This document shows, in pieces, positions 54,279 through 63,732 of a DNA stretch of 64,000 nt (position 1 is its first letter; every line of letters starts with the position of its first letter). The position numbers were made by a program, and so were the translations under genes. Source of the DNA: a phage; NCBI GenBank assembly GCA_018175275.1, contig GCA_018175275.1_4531.1; one strand, 5' to 3'. The notes beneath the pieces are model-generated. The model did not search any database, had not been told where the DNA came from, and saw only the letters and a program-made list of their open reading frames with translations.

Positions 54279-54691
54279 CTTTCCTCCAGAAGTTGTTCAA
54301 CAGTTTGACGAGTATGATTGTCCCAGTAAACCTTAGTGAAGTCAAGAGTTCCTTGTTCGTTTCTCTTAGTTTCGAAGAAGTATCCGCCTTCTCTTTCTAC
54401 TCTGTCTCTAATGTGCTCTATGAGGTGCTTTTTACAAGATGCTGATAAACAATAGTCATACTCCCCACGAAGCAATGCTATAGCTGCAAGTCTGTTATCA
54501 CCAACTTGAGATATTGTCCAAGAAAGCATACTACCTTTTATACCTAAAGGTGTTTGTCGAATGGAATATCCACCATGCCGACTGATAGAAATTATGGCAA
54601 GTGGTTCTCCTGTTAGAGATCTTCCTAATGCACCTTCTGTTGGACTTCCTTCGATAATACGTTTGAAAAAGGCTTTGATCTTACCTAACAT
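54272..54691 (-). CDS. hypothetical protein
   Basis: 139-aa ORF. Confidence 0.4.
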   Translation of the reverse strand: MLGKIKAFFKRIIEGSPTEGALGRSLTGEPLAIISISRHGGYSIRQTPLGIKGSMLSWTISQVGDNRLAAIALLRGEYDYCLSASCKKHLIEHIRDRVEREGGYFFETKRNEQGTLDFTKVYWDNHTRQTVEQLLEERC

Positions 54692-54835
54692 AAGTCCCCC
54701 TTAAAAATTTACTTGTTTAAAGTATCTCTTACTTGTTCTGCTTGACGTTTAGTAATAAAAGTCCCAACCGAAACGTTAAACTCATTGACTACAGAGAACG
54801 ATCCATCACGGTTCTCACGAATATTAAACAATTTC

Positions 54836-55039
54836 TTACTCATTTCTACCTCCTTCAATGCTTTGTGCCGTACCATCCCAAGCCATTAGAATGTTTTCCA
54901 ATAGTTCACGAGGATCTTTAAACCAAACTTCCATTTCATCAAGGATCTCGTCCGTGTCGTAAGTATAACCTGGAACACCAAGTTCACATTTCTTAAGATA
55001 GCTTTCTAACCAGCGGTGATAATTCTTAACCCCATTCAT
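54836..55039 (-). CDS. hypothetical small protein
   Basis: 67-aa ORF. Confidence 0.3.
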   Translation of the reverse strand: MNGVKNYHRWLESYLKKCELGVPGYTYDTDEILDEMEVWFKDPRELLENILMAWDGTAQSIEGGRNE

Positions 55040-55412
55040 ACTGTGCTACCTTTTCTTTTACCCAATCTACACGATCTTTATCATAATGTTGAGTGCCAAG
55101 GAAAAGACCATTGTGGAAACTTTCCTCACCGAAAGGATAAATTGGATCTAAACCATCTTCTTCAAATAACATTTTTAATCTGTTTGATGTAGATTTCTTA
55201 GTTTCTGAATTGTAGTTTGTGGTTATAAGCCAATCTTCCAAACAACGACACAAACCTTGACGAGAATCCCAAGGAAAAACACAATCTCCGACAGGAGCTT
55301 GTTCCGCCCATTTCAACCAGCCTTTAAAAAAGTTATACAGTATGTAGTCTTCAGTGTAATACATTATCTCCTCCTTTACGTATACAATAACACCCCGAAG
55401 AACGGGGTGCAA
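55026..55412 (-). CDS. paralog-family protein A (W-L ... G-L-C ... Y-P-F ... R-V-x-W-V-K/R)
   Basis: shares the conserved motif series with ORFs at 56304-56702, 59739-60065 and 62971-63285; likely start ATG 55364 after AGGAGG. Confidence 0.45.
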   Translation of the reverse strand: MHPVLRGVIVYVKEEIMYYTEDYILYNFFKGWLKWAEQAPVGDCVFPWDSRQGLCRCLEDWLITTNYNSETKKSTSNRLKMLFEEDGLDPIYPFGEESFHNGLFLGTQHYDKDRVDWVKEKVAQYEWG

Positions 55413-55415
55413 CTG

Positions 55416-56027
55416 TTATTTAATCTGTTTGAAAATTTCGTTTGGAACGGTACCGTTTAAAATACCTTCTACGATCTCTTGTGCAGATGTGTAAGAGAGT
55501 CCAAAAGAAGCTACGCCTAAAATTGCCTCCTTCAAAGGATCTGGCAGGGGTTCAAAATTACCTGCAACAAAGCCACCTGCACAAGCAGCGCCTTCATCAT
55601 CCCAGAAAACAACTGCTACATCGTTACCATGCGAAGTTGTGCGATGTGCAATAACTTCAACTTCGGTGCCTTCTTTAGGAACAGAATAAGAACTGTCCCA
55701 AGAATATCTTTCTAAATCAGGAACAAAGATAACCTTTTCACCTACTGGCGGCAGTTCACAACGATAATACCAAGAATTTTTTTCGTTCATTGCTCTATTT
55801 TCCTCCACGTCTTCAAAAGTAACGATCCAATCGTAGCCGTAAGAAAACGGATATTTTAGATCTAAAGAATAAGTTTGACCTAGATCGTCCTCAACAAGAA
55901 CCATCTTGTCAAAGTTTGCGATGTTAGGATTATGTTTAATGACAGGGTATGTTTCCCCTACAGTAAATTGTCCTAAATGGTAAAGTTCATCTCTCCAAGT
56001 AATTTGGATATGAGTGCATTGAATCAT
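55416..56027 (-). CDS. hypothetical protein
   Basis: 203-aa ORF. Confidence 0.4.
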   Translation of the reverse strand: MIQCTHIQITWRDELYHLGQFTVGETYPVIKHNPNIANFDKMVLVEDDLGQTYSLDLKYPFSYGYDWIVTFEDVEENRAMNEKNSWYYRCELPPVGEKVIFVPDLERYSWDSSYSVPKEGTEVEVIAHRTTSHGNDVAVVFWDDEGAACAGGFVAGNFEPLPDPLKEAILGVASFGLSYTSAQEIVEGILNGTVPNEIFKQIK

Positions 56028-56031
56028 AAAA

Positions 56032-56304
56032 TCACCCCCAAGAAATATTTATATATCTTACAATGTTTGCACTGTCTAAAGCCATGTTTGCACCACACCC
56101 ACGCTCGCGCCAGTAACTAACAATACCTTCACAGATACTCTCTTGTATCTTCTTATCACTTGGCATTTCTAGTATAAGACTTGGGTTGTGGATGTTTATG
56201 TTATAATACCCTTCCTCTGCTGCTTGAGCTACCAATTTACTTACTTTTTCAAAGTACGGGGAATTAGTGGCATCTGCCATTGTTTTTAAGGTTTGTCTAT
56301 CCAT
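56032..56304 (-). CDS. hypothetical protein
   Basis: 90-aa ORF. Confidence 0.35.
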   Translation of the reverse strand: MDRQTLKTMADATNSPYFEKVSKLVAQAAEEGYYNINIHNPSLILEMPSDKKIQESICEGIVSYWRERGCGANMALDSANIVRYINISWG

Positions 56305-56702
56305 TATTCTGCCTCATCATAGAAGAAATCCAACTCTTGTTCCAGTTGTTTAACTTGATCCTTAACCCACTGTACACGTTTTTCATTAAACATGCAACGT
56401 TTTTCCTTACACTCTTGCTCAAAAGATTTTGCTGTGTTAAACGGGAAAGTTGTATCTAAACCAGCATTTTCAAAACTGGCTAATTGCATACCATAAACAG
56501 AATATGCTAAAGAATGATCGGCTCGAAATTCATCACTTATATACATACGTAGACCTCGGCATAAGCCAACATCAGCGTAACCACTTTCTCGTGGAAAGAG
56601 ACGGAGGTGTTCTAACCAATTATTATAGAAATCTAAAAGAATCCTCTTACACTTCAAATCAATTGTCATAAAAAGTTTCTCCTTCATCGAACAAGTTGGC
56701 AA
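56304..56702 (-). CDS. paralog-family protein D
   Basis: FYNNWLEH...VGLCRGL...TFPFN...KRVQWVKDQV matches the family pattern; start probably ATG 56669. Confidence 0.45.
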   Translation of the reverse strand: MPTCSMKEKLFMTIDLKCKRILLDFYNNWLEHLRLFPRESGYADVGLCRGLRMYISDEFRADHSLAYSVYGMQLASFENAGLDTTFPFNTAKSFEQECKEKRCMFNEKRVQWVKDQVKQLEQELDFFYDEAE

Positions 56703-57069
56703 GATTGTTCACCGCAATTTGGGTGGAAAGAAGACAACTGTTTGCAGACACATAAGCACGAGCTATTTTGTAAACATAGGCTTTCGTATTACAATTATCT
56801 AGGATCGGAAGACTTTCGTCGATAGCATCTATAACACTAAACATCACATCTAAAACTTTAATGGTGAGTGTTGTATTTGTATCTTCGTAACCTTTTTCAA
56901 TCCGACCTGAATAGAAAGCATAGTCCTCAACAGTTCGTCGTTTAAACTGGCGCATAAAATCGGAACCATCTGTAGCAGAATTGAACAAATTTTCAAAAAA
57001 TACGTCCCATCCGGCAAAAAGGGCTGACAGCATGATTAAGTGATCTATAGATTCATTTTCTTGTTTCAT
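56659..57069 (-). CDS. hypothetical protein
   Basis: 136-aa ORF. Confidence 0.4.
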   Translation of the reverse strand: MKQENESIDHLIMLSALFAGWDVFFENLFNSATDGSDFMRQFKRRTVEDYAFYSGRIEKGYEDTNTTLTIKVLDVMFSVIDAIDESLPILDNCNTKAYVYKIARAYVSANSCLLSTQIAVNNLANLFDEGETFYDN

Positions 57070-57077
57070 ATCCTCTC

Positions 57078-57755
57078 CTATTTAATGTTCAGTCTGGCAC
57101 ACAAACGAGAAACAGTTTTAGCATCCCATTTACCACCACGTGCTGTTGCTATTTTCTTACTATTGAATTTTTCAGCAATAGTTTTGTAAGGTGTATTTAA
57201 ATCTCTAAGGATCTCCAAGCGTTCACGGAATGTCTCTGCAAAAGCGTCTGCTTTAACAGAGTTGTATTCCATTTTTCCTTTTCTACGTGCAGCGGCAGTT
57301 TTAGGATTAGCACTGCCTAATAAAACACCTTTGCTTTTTGCTACAGCAAGCCCCTTTTTAATACGATCAGCAATACCTCTAACTTCTTGTTCAGCCAGAA
57401 CAGACAGAAGCTGTATAACCATTTTATCTGCGTCTGGCATGATGGCTATCTTAACATCAATCATTTCTAGAAGAGTTGCTACGGAGGCGTTGTTACGACC
57501 CAAGCGGTCAACTTTAGCTACCAATAAAGTTGCTCCGGTAGCTTTACACATTTCAACCGCTTTAACCAGTTCCTTACGTTGCTTCCAATCGCCCTTACCC
57601 GAATAGTATTCAGAAAATTGACCAATAACTTCCGCATCAGGCACAGAGTCTAAGAAGTAACGGATATCATTCTCTTGGCTCTCCATACCATATTGTGCCT
57701 CACCTTTTTTCTGTTTAGAAAGACGACTGTAAACAACAAACTTTTTCATAACCAC
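57078..57755 (-). CDS. serine recombinase (resolvase/invertase family)
   Basis: 225 aa; N-terminal VVYSRLSKQ (catalytic Ser context), VAKVDRLGRN motif, C-terminal HTH-like segment. Confidence 0.55.
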   Translation of the reverse strand: MVMKKFVVYSRLSKQKKGEAQYGMESQENDIRYFLDSVPDAEVIGQFSEYYSGKGDWKQRKELVKAVEMCKATGATLLVAKVDRLGRNNASVATLLEMIDVKIAIMPDADKMVIQLLSVLAEQEVRGIADRIKKGLAVAKSKGVLLGSANPKTAAARRKGKMEYNSVKADAFAETFRERLEILRDLNTPYKTIAEKFNSKKIATARGGKWDAKTVSRLCARLNIK

Positions 57756-57819
57756 TCCTAAACCATTGCTGTATTCTCACTTTACAAAACGAATAAACAC
57801 TTGTCAAGGTATTTATTAT

Positions 57820-58032
57820 TTACAGCCATTCTACTCTTAAGCAGTATTCCTCGACATGTTGTTTACGCTTGTTTTTGTCTATGTAAGTGTATTCAACAAA
57901 TGTCCCAAGATAGTCCTTGTCTACATTGTGTGGGCTATTGATTGGACATTTAGTACGACAAACCCGTTGCCACTGACGAAGAATTACGGCTTTGTTTTTA
58001 GGATCAAAGGGATGAGGGTAATGTACCTTCAT
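57820..58032 (-). CDS. hypothetical small protein
   Basis: 70-aa ORF. Confidence 0.3.
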   Translation of the reverse strand: MKVHYPHPFDPKNKAVILRQWQRVCRTKCPINSPHNVDKDYLGTFVEYTYIDKNKRKQHVEEYCLRVEWL

Positions 58033-58356
58033 TCACGCCTCCTGTTTTAGTCGAAAAATATTTTGAATAACTAGAGATGTATAGTTATCACTTAGTCCCA
58101 TAAGTTCTACTTCCAAGTTTCGAATATCTTCCACCGTAGGAGGATATGTTGGTAAAAATGCTTGAGCATTGCCAGATCCAACCTCATTGCTGTAAGCAGT
58201 TGTAAAATTGTAAGATACAAAACATGAAACACCTTTTTGTCGGTACCCGATTAATCGACGAATACACCAGATAAGAGCCAAACCTATGAGAACACCTCCT
58301 AAACCAGCTAACAAGAAGGATAAGTTCATAATAGCTTCGTTAACAACTGCTTGCAT
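58033..58356 (-). CDS. hypothetical membrane protein
   Basis: 107 aa; hydrophobic segment LSFLLAGLGGVLIGLALIWCI. Confidence 0.4.
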   Translation of the reverse strand: MQAVVNEAIMNLSFLLAGLGGVLIGLALIWCIRRLIGYRQKGVSCFVSYNFTTAYSNEVGSGNAQAFLPTYPPTVEDIRNLEVELMGLSDNYTSLVIQNIFRLKQEA

Positions 58357-58366
58357 TCTTTTCTCC

Positions 58367-58714
58367 TTAGTTGTGTAAACCCAAATGTGCTACAACTTCT
58401 CTACGATAAGATAACTGCATAGCGATTTTATAGCCAGGATGAAAACCATTTACATCAATGTCATCAAACCAAACCTCAAATGAACCGTGTTTAAGAGTCA
58501 TTAAGTTAATATACCATTCAATAGTATAATGATCGTTAGCAATACCTTCGATGTAAAATTCTCGACAACAGTGAGATAAATCTTCACTTGTTTCACGTTT
58601 CCAGTCTTTGATAGCACCCTTCTCTTTGGCTTTATTCAGAATGTGGATCAGGTCTTCAACTTGCATATTCTCTCCTTTAGTTCCAACTAATAATAATGTG
58701 TTTGATAATCCCAA
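58367..58714 (-). CDS. hypothetical protein
   Basis: 115-aa ORF. Confidence 0.4.
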   Translation of the reverse strand: MGLSNTLLLVGTKGENMQVEDLIHILNKAKEKGAIKDWKRETSEDLSHCCREFYIEGIANDHYTIEWYINLMTLKHGSFEVWFDDIDVNGFHPGYKIAMQLSYRREVVAHLGLHN

Positions 58715-59231
58715 AAATACTGTGCTCTGCGGTTGCCAATGTTACATCCAAACCTTTTGCACGTAGCATTGTAGCTACAACATTTGCCCCTCTTTTCTGT
58801 TCACTTATCTGTTCATAAGAAGAAGGGTTATTGCACAAACCAAAACTGGAAGGTTCAAAGTATTTTTCAAACTTCCCTTGTTCCGCACAATCTTCAATCT
58901 CTAATAGAACGGCGTCTACCATTTCAGTAAAATGGGAATTTGCTTGCAGTGCTTTATTACGCAGTTTATCACGTAAACTTCCCGTAGATTCTTCCTGCTC
59001 TTCTGTCTGTCCATCTTCACAGAAAGGATGAAGTTCAGCCCAGTCCCAAGCATCTCCTTCTAAAGCAAATGGAGTGTTGTAATTGAAGAAAGTGCAGCGC
59101 GGATATTCCCCGTTGAAAGAATCTTTCAGCAGAATATATTTCTTACCGTTTGCATGGAAGAGTTCTCCTTTGATAACCTTACCTACAAGGATATCACTGT
59201 TAGTGGAACGGGTGCAAATAAATTTTTTCAT
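58677..59231 (-). CDS. hypothetical protein
   Basis: 184-aa ORF. Confidence 0.4.
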   Translation of the reverse strand: MKKFICTRSTNSDILVGKVIKGELFHANGKKYILLKDSFNGEYPRCTFFNYNTPFALEGDAWDWAELHPFCEDGQTEEQEESTGSLRDKLRNKALQANSHFTEMVDAVLLEIEDCAEQGKFEKYFEPSSFGLCNNPSSYEQISEQKRGANVVATMLRAKGLDVTLATAEHSIFGIIKHIIISWN

Positions 59232-59293
59232 GATTTTCTCCTCTTTGTTTCGATGAGATGATTATGACAAAGACAGATCCTTCTGTCAACTAT

Positions 59294-59515
59294 TTATTTC
59301 CATTCCCCTTGGTGTTCTTTGATCTCATAAGAGTAGTATTCGAACATGCTCATACAAACCACACCAGACATTTCTAAACAAAGAGGTTTACTATTATAAA
59401 AGGCACTTATCATTCTTCCAGCTTTATCTGCTGACTCTTTAGTATCACATCCACAAACTGTTCTCACCCAAGGATCAGGGCCATCATATTTAAGACGCAC
59501 AATCCACATGATCAT
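59294..59515 (-). CDS. hypothetical small protein
   Basis: 73-aa ORF. Confidence 0.3.
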   Translation of the reverse strand: MIMWIVRLKYDGPDPWVRTVCGCDTKESADKAGRMISAFYNSKPLCLEMSGVVCMSMFEYYSYEIKEHQGEWK

Positions 59516-59739
59516 TCTTCCATCTCAAACCATTCAGGGAACACTTTGCGGAAGACCCGCGTGTTTTCTAAGAGAAATTCCAACTCTTTTTCCAAATCTG
59601 CGTTCCAACCGTTTATTTTAACACGGATTGCCAATGCACTTGCACGGCGACTCAATTCTTGACAGATTGGATCACGCAGAACTATTGAGTCATAAAACTG
59701 ACAAACAGCCTCAAGTTCATACCAGTTATAATCCGACAT
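59512..59739 (-). CDS. hypothetical small protein
   Basis: 75-aa ORF. Confidence 0.3.
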   Translation of the reverse strand: MSDYNWYELEAVCQFYDSIVLRDPICQELSRRASALAIRVKINGWNADLEKELEFLLENTRVFRKVFPEWFEMEE

Positions 59740-60065
59740 TATTCATCCTCCTCTGCAATACGATCTCTTACCCAATTAATCCTGTCCACGTTCAGGTGAC
59801 ATACCTCTGCATCTGATTCTAAGACATATGCATCGTAGTTCTCATTGAAAGGGAGTGCTTGACTCAACCCTTTGTGGTAAAACTGTGCGTGCATTTCATC
59901 TGACAAGGTTGTTATAAGGGGATTGTAATTACCTCTGTGCACATAATCGAACAAGTTGGCACACAAACCACAATCCCGCCGAAAAGGTTTACCATCAGGA
60001 GCACCAACATCAATCCATGCTAGATAAATTTTATAAAACTCCATCAACCTTGTGCTTGTTTTCAT
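59739..60065 (-). CDS. paralog-family protein B
   Basis: FYKIYLAWIDVGAPDG...CGLCANL...ALPFNENYD...DRINWVRDRI matches the family pattern. Confidence 0.45.
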   Translation of the reverse strand: MKTSTRLMEFYKIYLAWIDVGAPDGKPFRRDCGLCANLFDYVHRGNYNPLITTLSDEMHAQFYHKGLSQALPFNENYDAYVLESDAEVCHLNVDRINWVRDRIAEEDE

Positions 60066-60303
60066 TTAGCCACCTCGTTAGTTTTTCTTGCTCTTTGTTT
60101 GCGCGTTCTAAGCTTCTGAACTTTAAACAGAGGGAACGAGAATCCCTACCCATGCACAAGCTTTCATCTAAGCTGTGCTCCCCAACCAACCAAAGAGAGT
60201 ATGTTTGAACATCTAACCCATAGTTTCTGTCTTTCCATAATCTCACCCCAAGAACATCAAAAGGAGCTTCCGCGACTAAAGAAAGAAACCGATCTTTATT
60301 CAT
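60031..60303 (-). CDS. hypothetical protein
   Basis: 90-aa ORF. Confidence 0.35.
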   Translation of the reverse strand: MNKDRFLSLVAEAPFDVLGVRLWKDRNYGLDVQTYSLWLVGEHSLDESLCMGRDSRSLCLKFRSLERANKEQEKLTRWLNENKHKVDGVL

Positions 60304-60365
60304 ATTACACCACCTTGCTCACGTTGATAATGTATGTATACCATACATAAAATAAATGTCAAGGC

Positions 60366-60566
60366 TTATCGACACAGATAGTTGTAACGATCTGCTTTAT
60401 CCTCGGCTTCAGCAAAGTCAGCAATCAAGGAAGTTTTGAGTTCTTCCAACTCTTTCACCCAAGAGTCGTAATCGTTCTGTGTTTCTCCAATAGTTTGGAG
60501 AAAACAATCGTCGTAGCCAATAGACATGGCTAACTCGATAATACGTTCCAGTTTTTCTTCCATCAC
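60366..60566 (-). CDS. hypothetical small protein
   Basis: 66-aa ORF. Confidence 0.3.
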   Translation of the reverse strand: MMEEKLERIIELAMSIGYDDCFLQTIGETQNDYDSWVKELEELKTSLIADFAEAEDKADRYNYLCR

Positions 60567-61057
60567 TTCTCTCCTTCTACAGACTTCTGTTTAACATAAA
60601 AGTAAGCACCACGAGCAAGATACAAATCATGTTCAATATCGCTCACAGGAAAACCATCTGGATTTTTAAAACCGTCTTCTACAGCCAAAATGAGAGATCG
60701 TAAACTGATAGCTAACAACTCCATTTGATCTTGTAGTTTTCTATTTTCTGCATAAAGGTTTTTGCATTTTTGTTCTGCATTTTTCCATTGTTCTAATGCA
60801 TGATCATAGTTTCGCATAAGGATAGCTTTTTCTTGTTCACGTTTAAAAGTTTCTTCACAAATGAAACCCGTGCCTAAACCAGTTTCTTCATCTTTGACAA
60901 ACACTTCAACAAAATCTTTAGACATATTATCTCCTATTTGCTTTTGGATACTCCCAACCCTCTGGGAGATCTTCTTTACACATCCACTCAAAAGGCCAGC
61001 GACAATAACTGTGCCACTTTCCATCGAGATACAAGCAATCTTCATCCACTGGTCCAC
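60563..61057 (-). CDS. hypothetical protein
   Basis: 164-aa ORF. Confidence 0.4.
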   Translation of the reverse strand: MDQWMKIACISMESGTVIVAGLLSGCVKKISQRVGSIQKQIGDNMSKDFVEVFVKDEETGLGTGFICEETFKREQEKAILMRNYDHALEQWKNAEQKCKNLYAENRKLQDQMELLAISLRSLILAVEDGFKNPDGFPVSDIEHDLYLARGAYFYVKQKSVEGEK

Positions 61058-61194
61058 AAGGGTTGATAACTACAACACACCCTTTTGCTCGCCAATATTG
61101 AACTATTTCAGGGTAAAAACAAGAAACGTCGGTCCACTCCCAAATACGTTCATCATTCAAACGGTATGCTGCTGGCAATGTCTCTTTCATATTA

Positions 61195-61641
61195 TTAAAC
61201 CTCTGTCAAAGAGAAACGCCAATCCTTACTACTACCTACACCAAGGAAGATATAGTCTCCGGTACTAACGGAATATCTCCAAGCGGGAATCCAATCAGGA
61301 ATCTCTGGCTTATGGCTGTAGCCATAACGCTCGCCACTCGAATCTGTTGCAATATAATTAACAAATTCAGGAACCTCTAAAGTTTCACCTTGATACTCTA
61401 CACGCTTGAAGCCATCTTCCACTTCTTTCTCACCTTCTACCAGAAGGGCAAGAAGTTTGATGTGAGGGCAAGTGAAATCTTGTCCTGGATAACGTGAACG
61501 GATATCTGTTAACAATGCGACTACAGCATCCGATAACTCTTTATAATCCTCATATCTTACAAATGTGCCTTCTGTCGGATCATCAGGACACAAACGCCAA
61601 ACATCGTTGCAGTTTACAGCGTAATGTCTCATTTTAGTCAT
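61195..61641 (-). CDS. hypothetical protein
   Basis: 148-aa ORF. Confidence 0.4.
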   Translation of the reverse strand: MTKMRHYAVNCNDVWRLCPDDPTEGTFVRYEDYKELSDAVVALLTDIRSRYPGQDFTCPHIKLLALLVEGEKEVEDGFKRVEYQGETLEVPEFVNYIATDSSGERYGYSHKPEIPDWIPAWRYSVSTGDYIFLGVGSSKDWRFSLTEV

Positions 61642-61650
61642 AAATCCCCC

Positions 61651-62049
61651 TTATCGTTGCGTACAATCAGCTTCTAGAGTAAGAACATTCGTTATTGTTT
61701 TATCATTTTTTAGAAATGCAAACCAAGCCAAAGTGTCTCGATACTCTGTGCGCATCATTACTACTTCAGTAGTGCCAATAAATTGTTGTGAACCGTACAT
61801 AGCACTACCATCTTTACTTTTTTCTCCTGTGTATTGCAGAATGCCACTCATCAAAGCACCACCTGAATTTTTAAGGATAAAGGAGTTATCTTTATTAATG
61901 ACAACAGAAGCCATTTTCTTAGGACCAGAAATCACTTCACCTTTCAGATTTTTAACAACCACATCTGACACACACTCATAAACTTGAGACGCATTTGCTG
62001 TTCCAAGTGATGCAACGAGTAGCAATAAACCTACAATGATCTTTTTCAT
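61651..62049 (-). CDS. hypothetical secreted protein (signal peptide)
   Basis: 132 aa; MKKIIVGLLLLVASLGTANA signal-like N-terminus; AGGAGAG RBS. Confidence 0.45.
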   Translation of the reverse strand: MKKIIVGLLLLVASLGTANASQVYECVSDVVVKNLKGEVISGPKKMASVVINKDNSFILKNSGGALMSGILQYTGEKSKDGSAMYGSQQFIGTTEVVMMRTEYRDTLAWFAFLKNDKTITNVLTLEADCTQR

Positions 62050-62144
62050 ATAAACTCTCCTCTTTATTTACCCGACGCGCCCCTGTTGGGCAGAAAGGGT
62101 TGTACGCAAAATTTTTAGCTCCAATCGTCGGGTGTCCCGACTCC

Positions 62145-62351
62145 TTACGCTTTTAATGTTTTAATAGAATGACAAGCTTTGCAAACCATAACCGGAACAA
62201 GTTCGTCTCCACTATCCGCATAAATCACTGTTTTCTTCATCCTGCCACCACATGAACAATACTCCGTATGATCTGCTGGAATATTAAATATTCCGTAATC
62301 ACTTTCATACTGTTTCTTACATATGGACACTGCTTTTGTAAAACAAGACAT
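62145..62351 (-). CDS. hypothetical zinc-ribbon small protein
   Basis: 68 aa; CSCGG ... CKACH. Confidence 0.35.
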   Translation of the reverse strand: MSCFTKAVSICKKQYESDYGIFNIPADHTEYCSCGGRMKKTVIYADSGDELVPVMVCKACHSIKTLKA

Positions 62352-62353
62352 AC

Positions 62354-62575
62354 CTACTCCGAAAGAACATTCACTTCATCAGAGAAAAATACGTAATCAC
62401 AACCTTCCCAAACATCTTCTTCAAACCACTCCCATCCCTCAACTTTGGACATTTCTTCTATCGTAACAAAGAATGTTGTCATGTCATCGCTAACAAGATG
62501 TGCTTCAACAACAAAAGGAATCTGAACATTCTCAAAACCAACATAACCCAATACATCACAAACTCTAATTTTCAT
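62354..62575 (-). CDS. hypothetical small protein
   Basis: 73-aa ORF. Confidence 0.3.
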   Translation of the reverse strand: MKIRVCDVLGYVGFENVQIPFVVEAHLVSDDMTTFFVTIEEMSKVEGWEWFEEDVWEGCDYVFFSDEVNVLSE

Positions 62576-62576
62576 A

Positions 62577-62777
62577 TTATGCTCCTTTGTAGATTATGTT
62601 GGTGCGTTCACACTCTGCCACCAGCAAGCGATTAGCGATGTTGTCCATAGGAACATCAATCTCTACGCTCCAGGCATTGATATACACTTCTTCAATCTTT
62701 GCTCCAAGCGTTTGTGCGATCAGGGCAACAGCCCCAGCATATTCAAGTTTAATCTCTATTACCATTTTGCACCTCAA
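62577..62777 (-). CDS. hypothetical small protein
   Basis: 66-aa ORF. Confidence 0.3.
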   Translation of the reverse strand: MRCKMVIEIKLEYAGAVALIAQTLGAKIEEVYINAWSVEIDVPMDNIANRLLVAECERTNIIYKGA

Positions 62778-62779
62778 GG

Positions 62780-63016
62780 TTATTTATCTTGCTTGTATCT
62801 TACAAGGCGATCACACTCCAGGTCAAGAAATTTCTCCGCATTTCGTTCATGTTTGAGCACAATACATTGTTCTTTCCAGTCTGTAGCTCTTTGCTGCGCT
62901 GCTCCTGGGTCAAAATCCCAAAGCCATGCCGCGAAAAGAACAACCATAACAATTACCAAGAAACTAAACACTATTGGCATTGCACATCCTCCTGTGTAGC
63001 ATGATCTTTTACCCAT
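62780..63016 (-). CDS. hypothetical small membrane protein
   Basis: 78 aa; hydrophobic segment PIVFSFLVIVMVVLFAAWLW. Confidence 0.35.
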   Translation of the reverse strand: MGKRSCYTGGCAMPIVFSFLVIVMVVLFAAWLWDFDPGAAQQRATDWKEQCIVLKHERNAEKFLDLECDRLVRYKQDK

Positions 63017-63285
63017 TTTATACGGGCAGCATTCAAATGTAGCAGCCCGTTTCTTTGTGCAAAATCATATTTAAACCAATCCCCATCATCAAACGGGTAT
63101 TCTTCAGACAAACCTGCTTCGCGGAATTGCATTTGCATTTCATAATTTAGGTCATCATAACCACCAGACCAAAGATAGAGGCAACTACATAATCCTTTAT
63201 CATGCCAGAAAGGATTATTATCTGGAGCACCAGCTAACAGCCAGTTATGATATGCCTGATAAAATTCTTTAAGTTCCTCTGACAT
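62971..63285 (-). CDS. paralog-family protein C
   Basis: FYQAYHNWLLAGAPDN...KGLCSCL...EYPFDDGD...ARIKWVKDHA matches the family pattern. Confidence 0.45.
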   Translation of the reverse strand: MSEELKEFYQAYHNWLLAGAPDNNPFWHDKGLCSCLYLWSGGYDDLNYEMQMQFREAGLSEEYPFDDGDWFKYDFAQRNGLLHLNAARIKWVKDHATQEDVQCQ

Positions 63286-63498
63286 TTAACCTCCTGTATA
63301 CAGTGTTGAAAGATACGCAGCAAAAGCATTCTCGGCTGTTTTCACCTCCTCTTCAAGATCTTCACGCTCTGCTGGCGTTAATGCATTCCGCACAGCAGCG
63401 TCTGCTTCTCGGATTTTTCTTACTAAACGTGAAACATCTTTCAGTTGTTGAAAAGTAGCCATAATCTTTCTCCTAGAATCTTTGTGATTTCACTTTTT

Positions 63499-63717
63499 TC
63501 AATTAGTCTGATTTTCATATCGTACTTCCTTCAATGCGAGTAATGCATTCACCAGATTATCAACACCTTGATCATCCAGTGCAATAACATCAAAGTTAAA
63601 CCCTGTATCAGTTGGGACTTTACGTTTTATGGTGTAATAGTCTCCTTCATGACGTTCAACATACGCGTATGGGTAACTGCTGTTTGGATCATGTTTCACG
63701 CGAATAGATGTTTTCAT
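63499..63717 (-). CDS. hypothetical small protein
   Basis: 72-aa ORF. Confidence 0.3.
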   Translation of the reverse strand: MKTSIRVKHDPNSSYPYAYVERHEGDYYTIKRKVPTDTGFNFDVIALDDQGVDNLVNALLALKEVRYENQTN

Positions 63718-63732
63718 GTTTTGTTCTCCTCT

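Noticed and set aside
57078-57755. Serine recombinase as evidence of an integrated prophage or att site
   Set aside because: It is a small resolvase/invertase type, not a large serine integrase, and no host genes or att-like direct repeats are visible; the whole window is phage-like.
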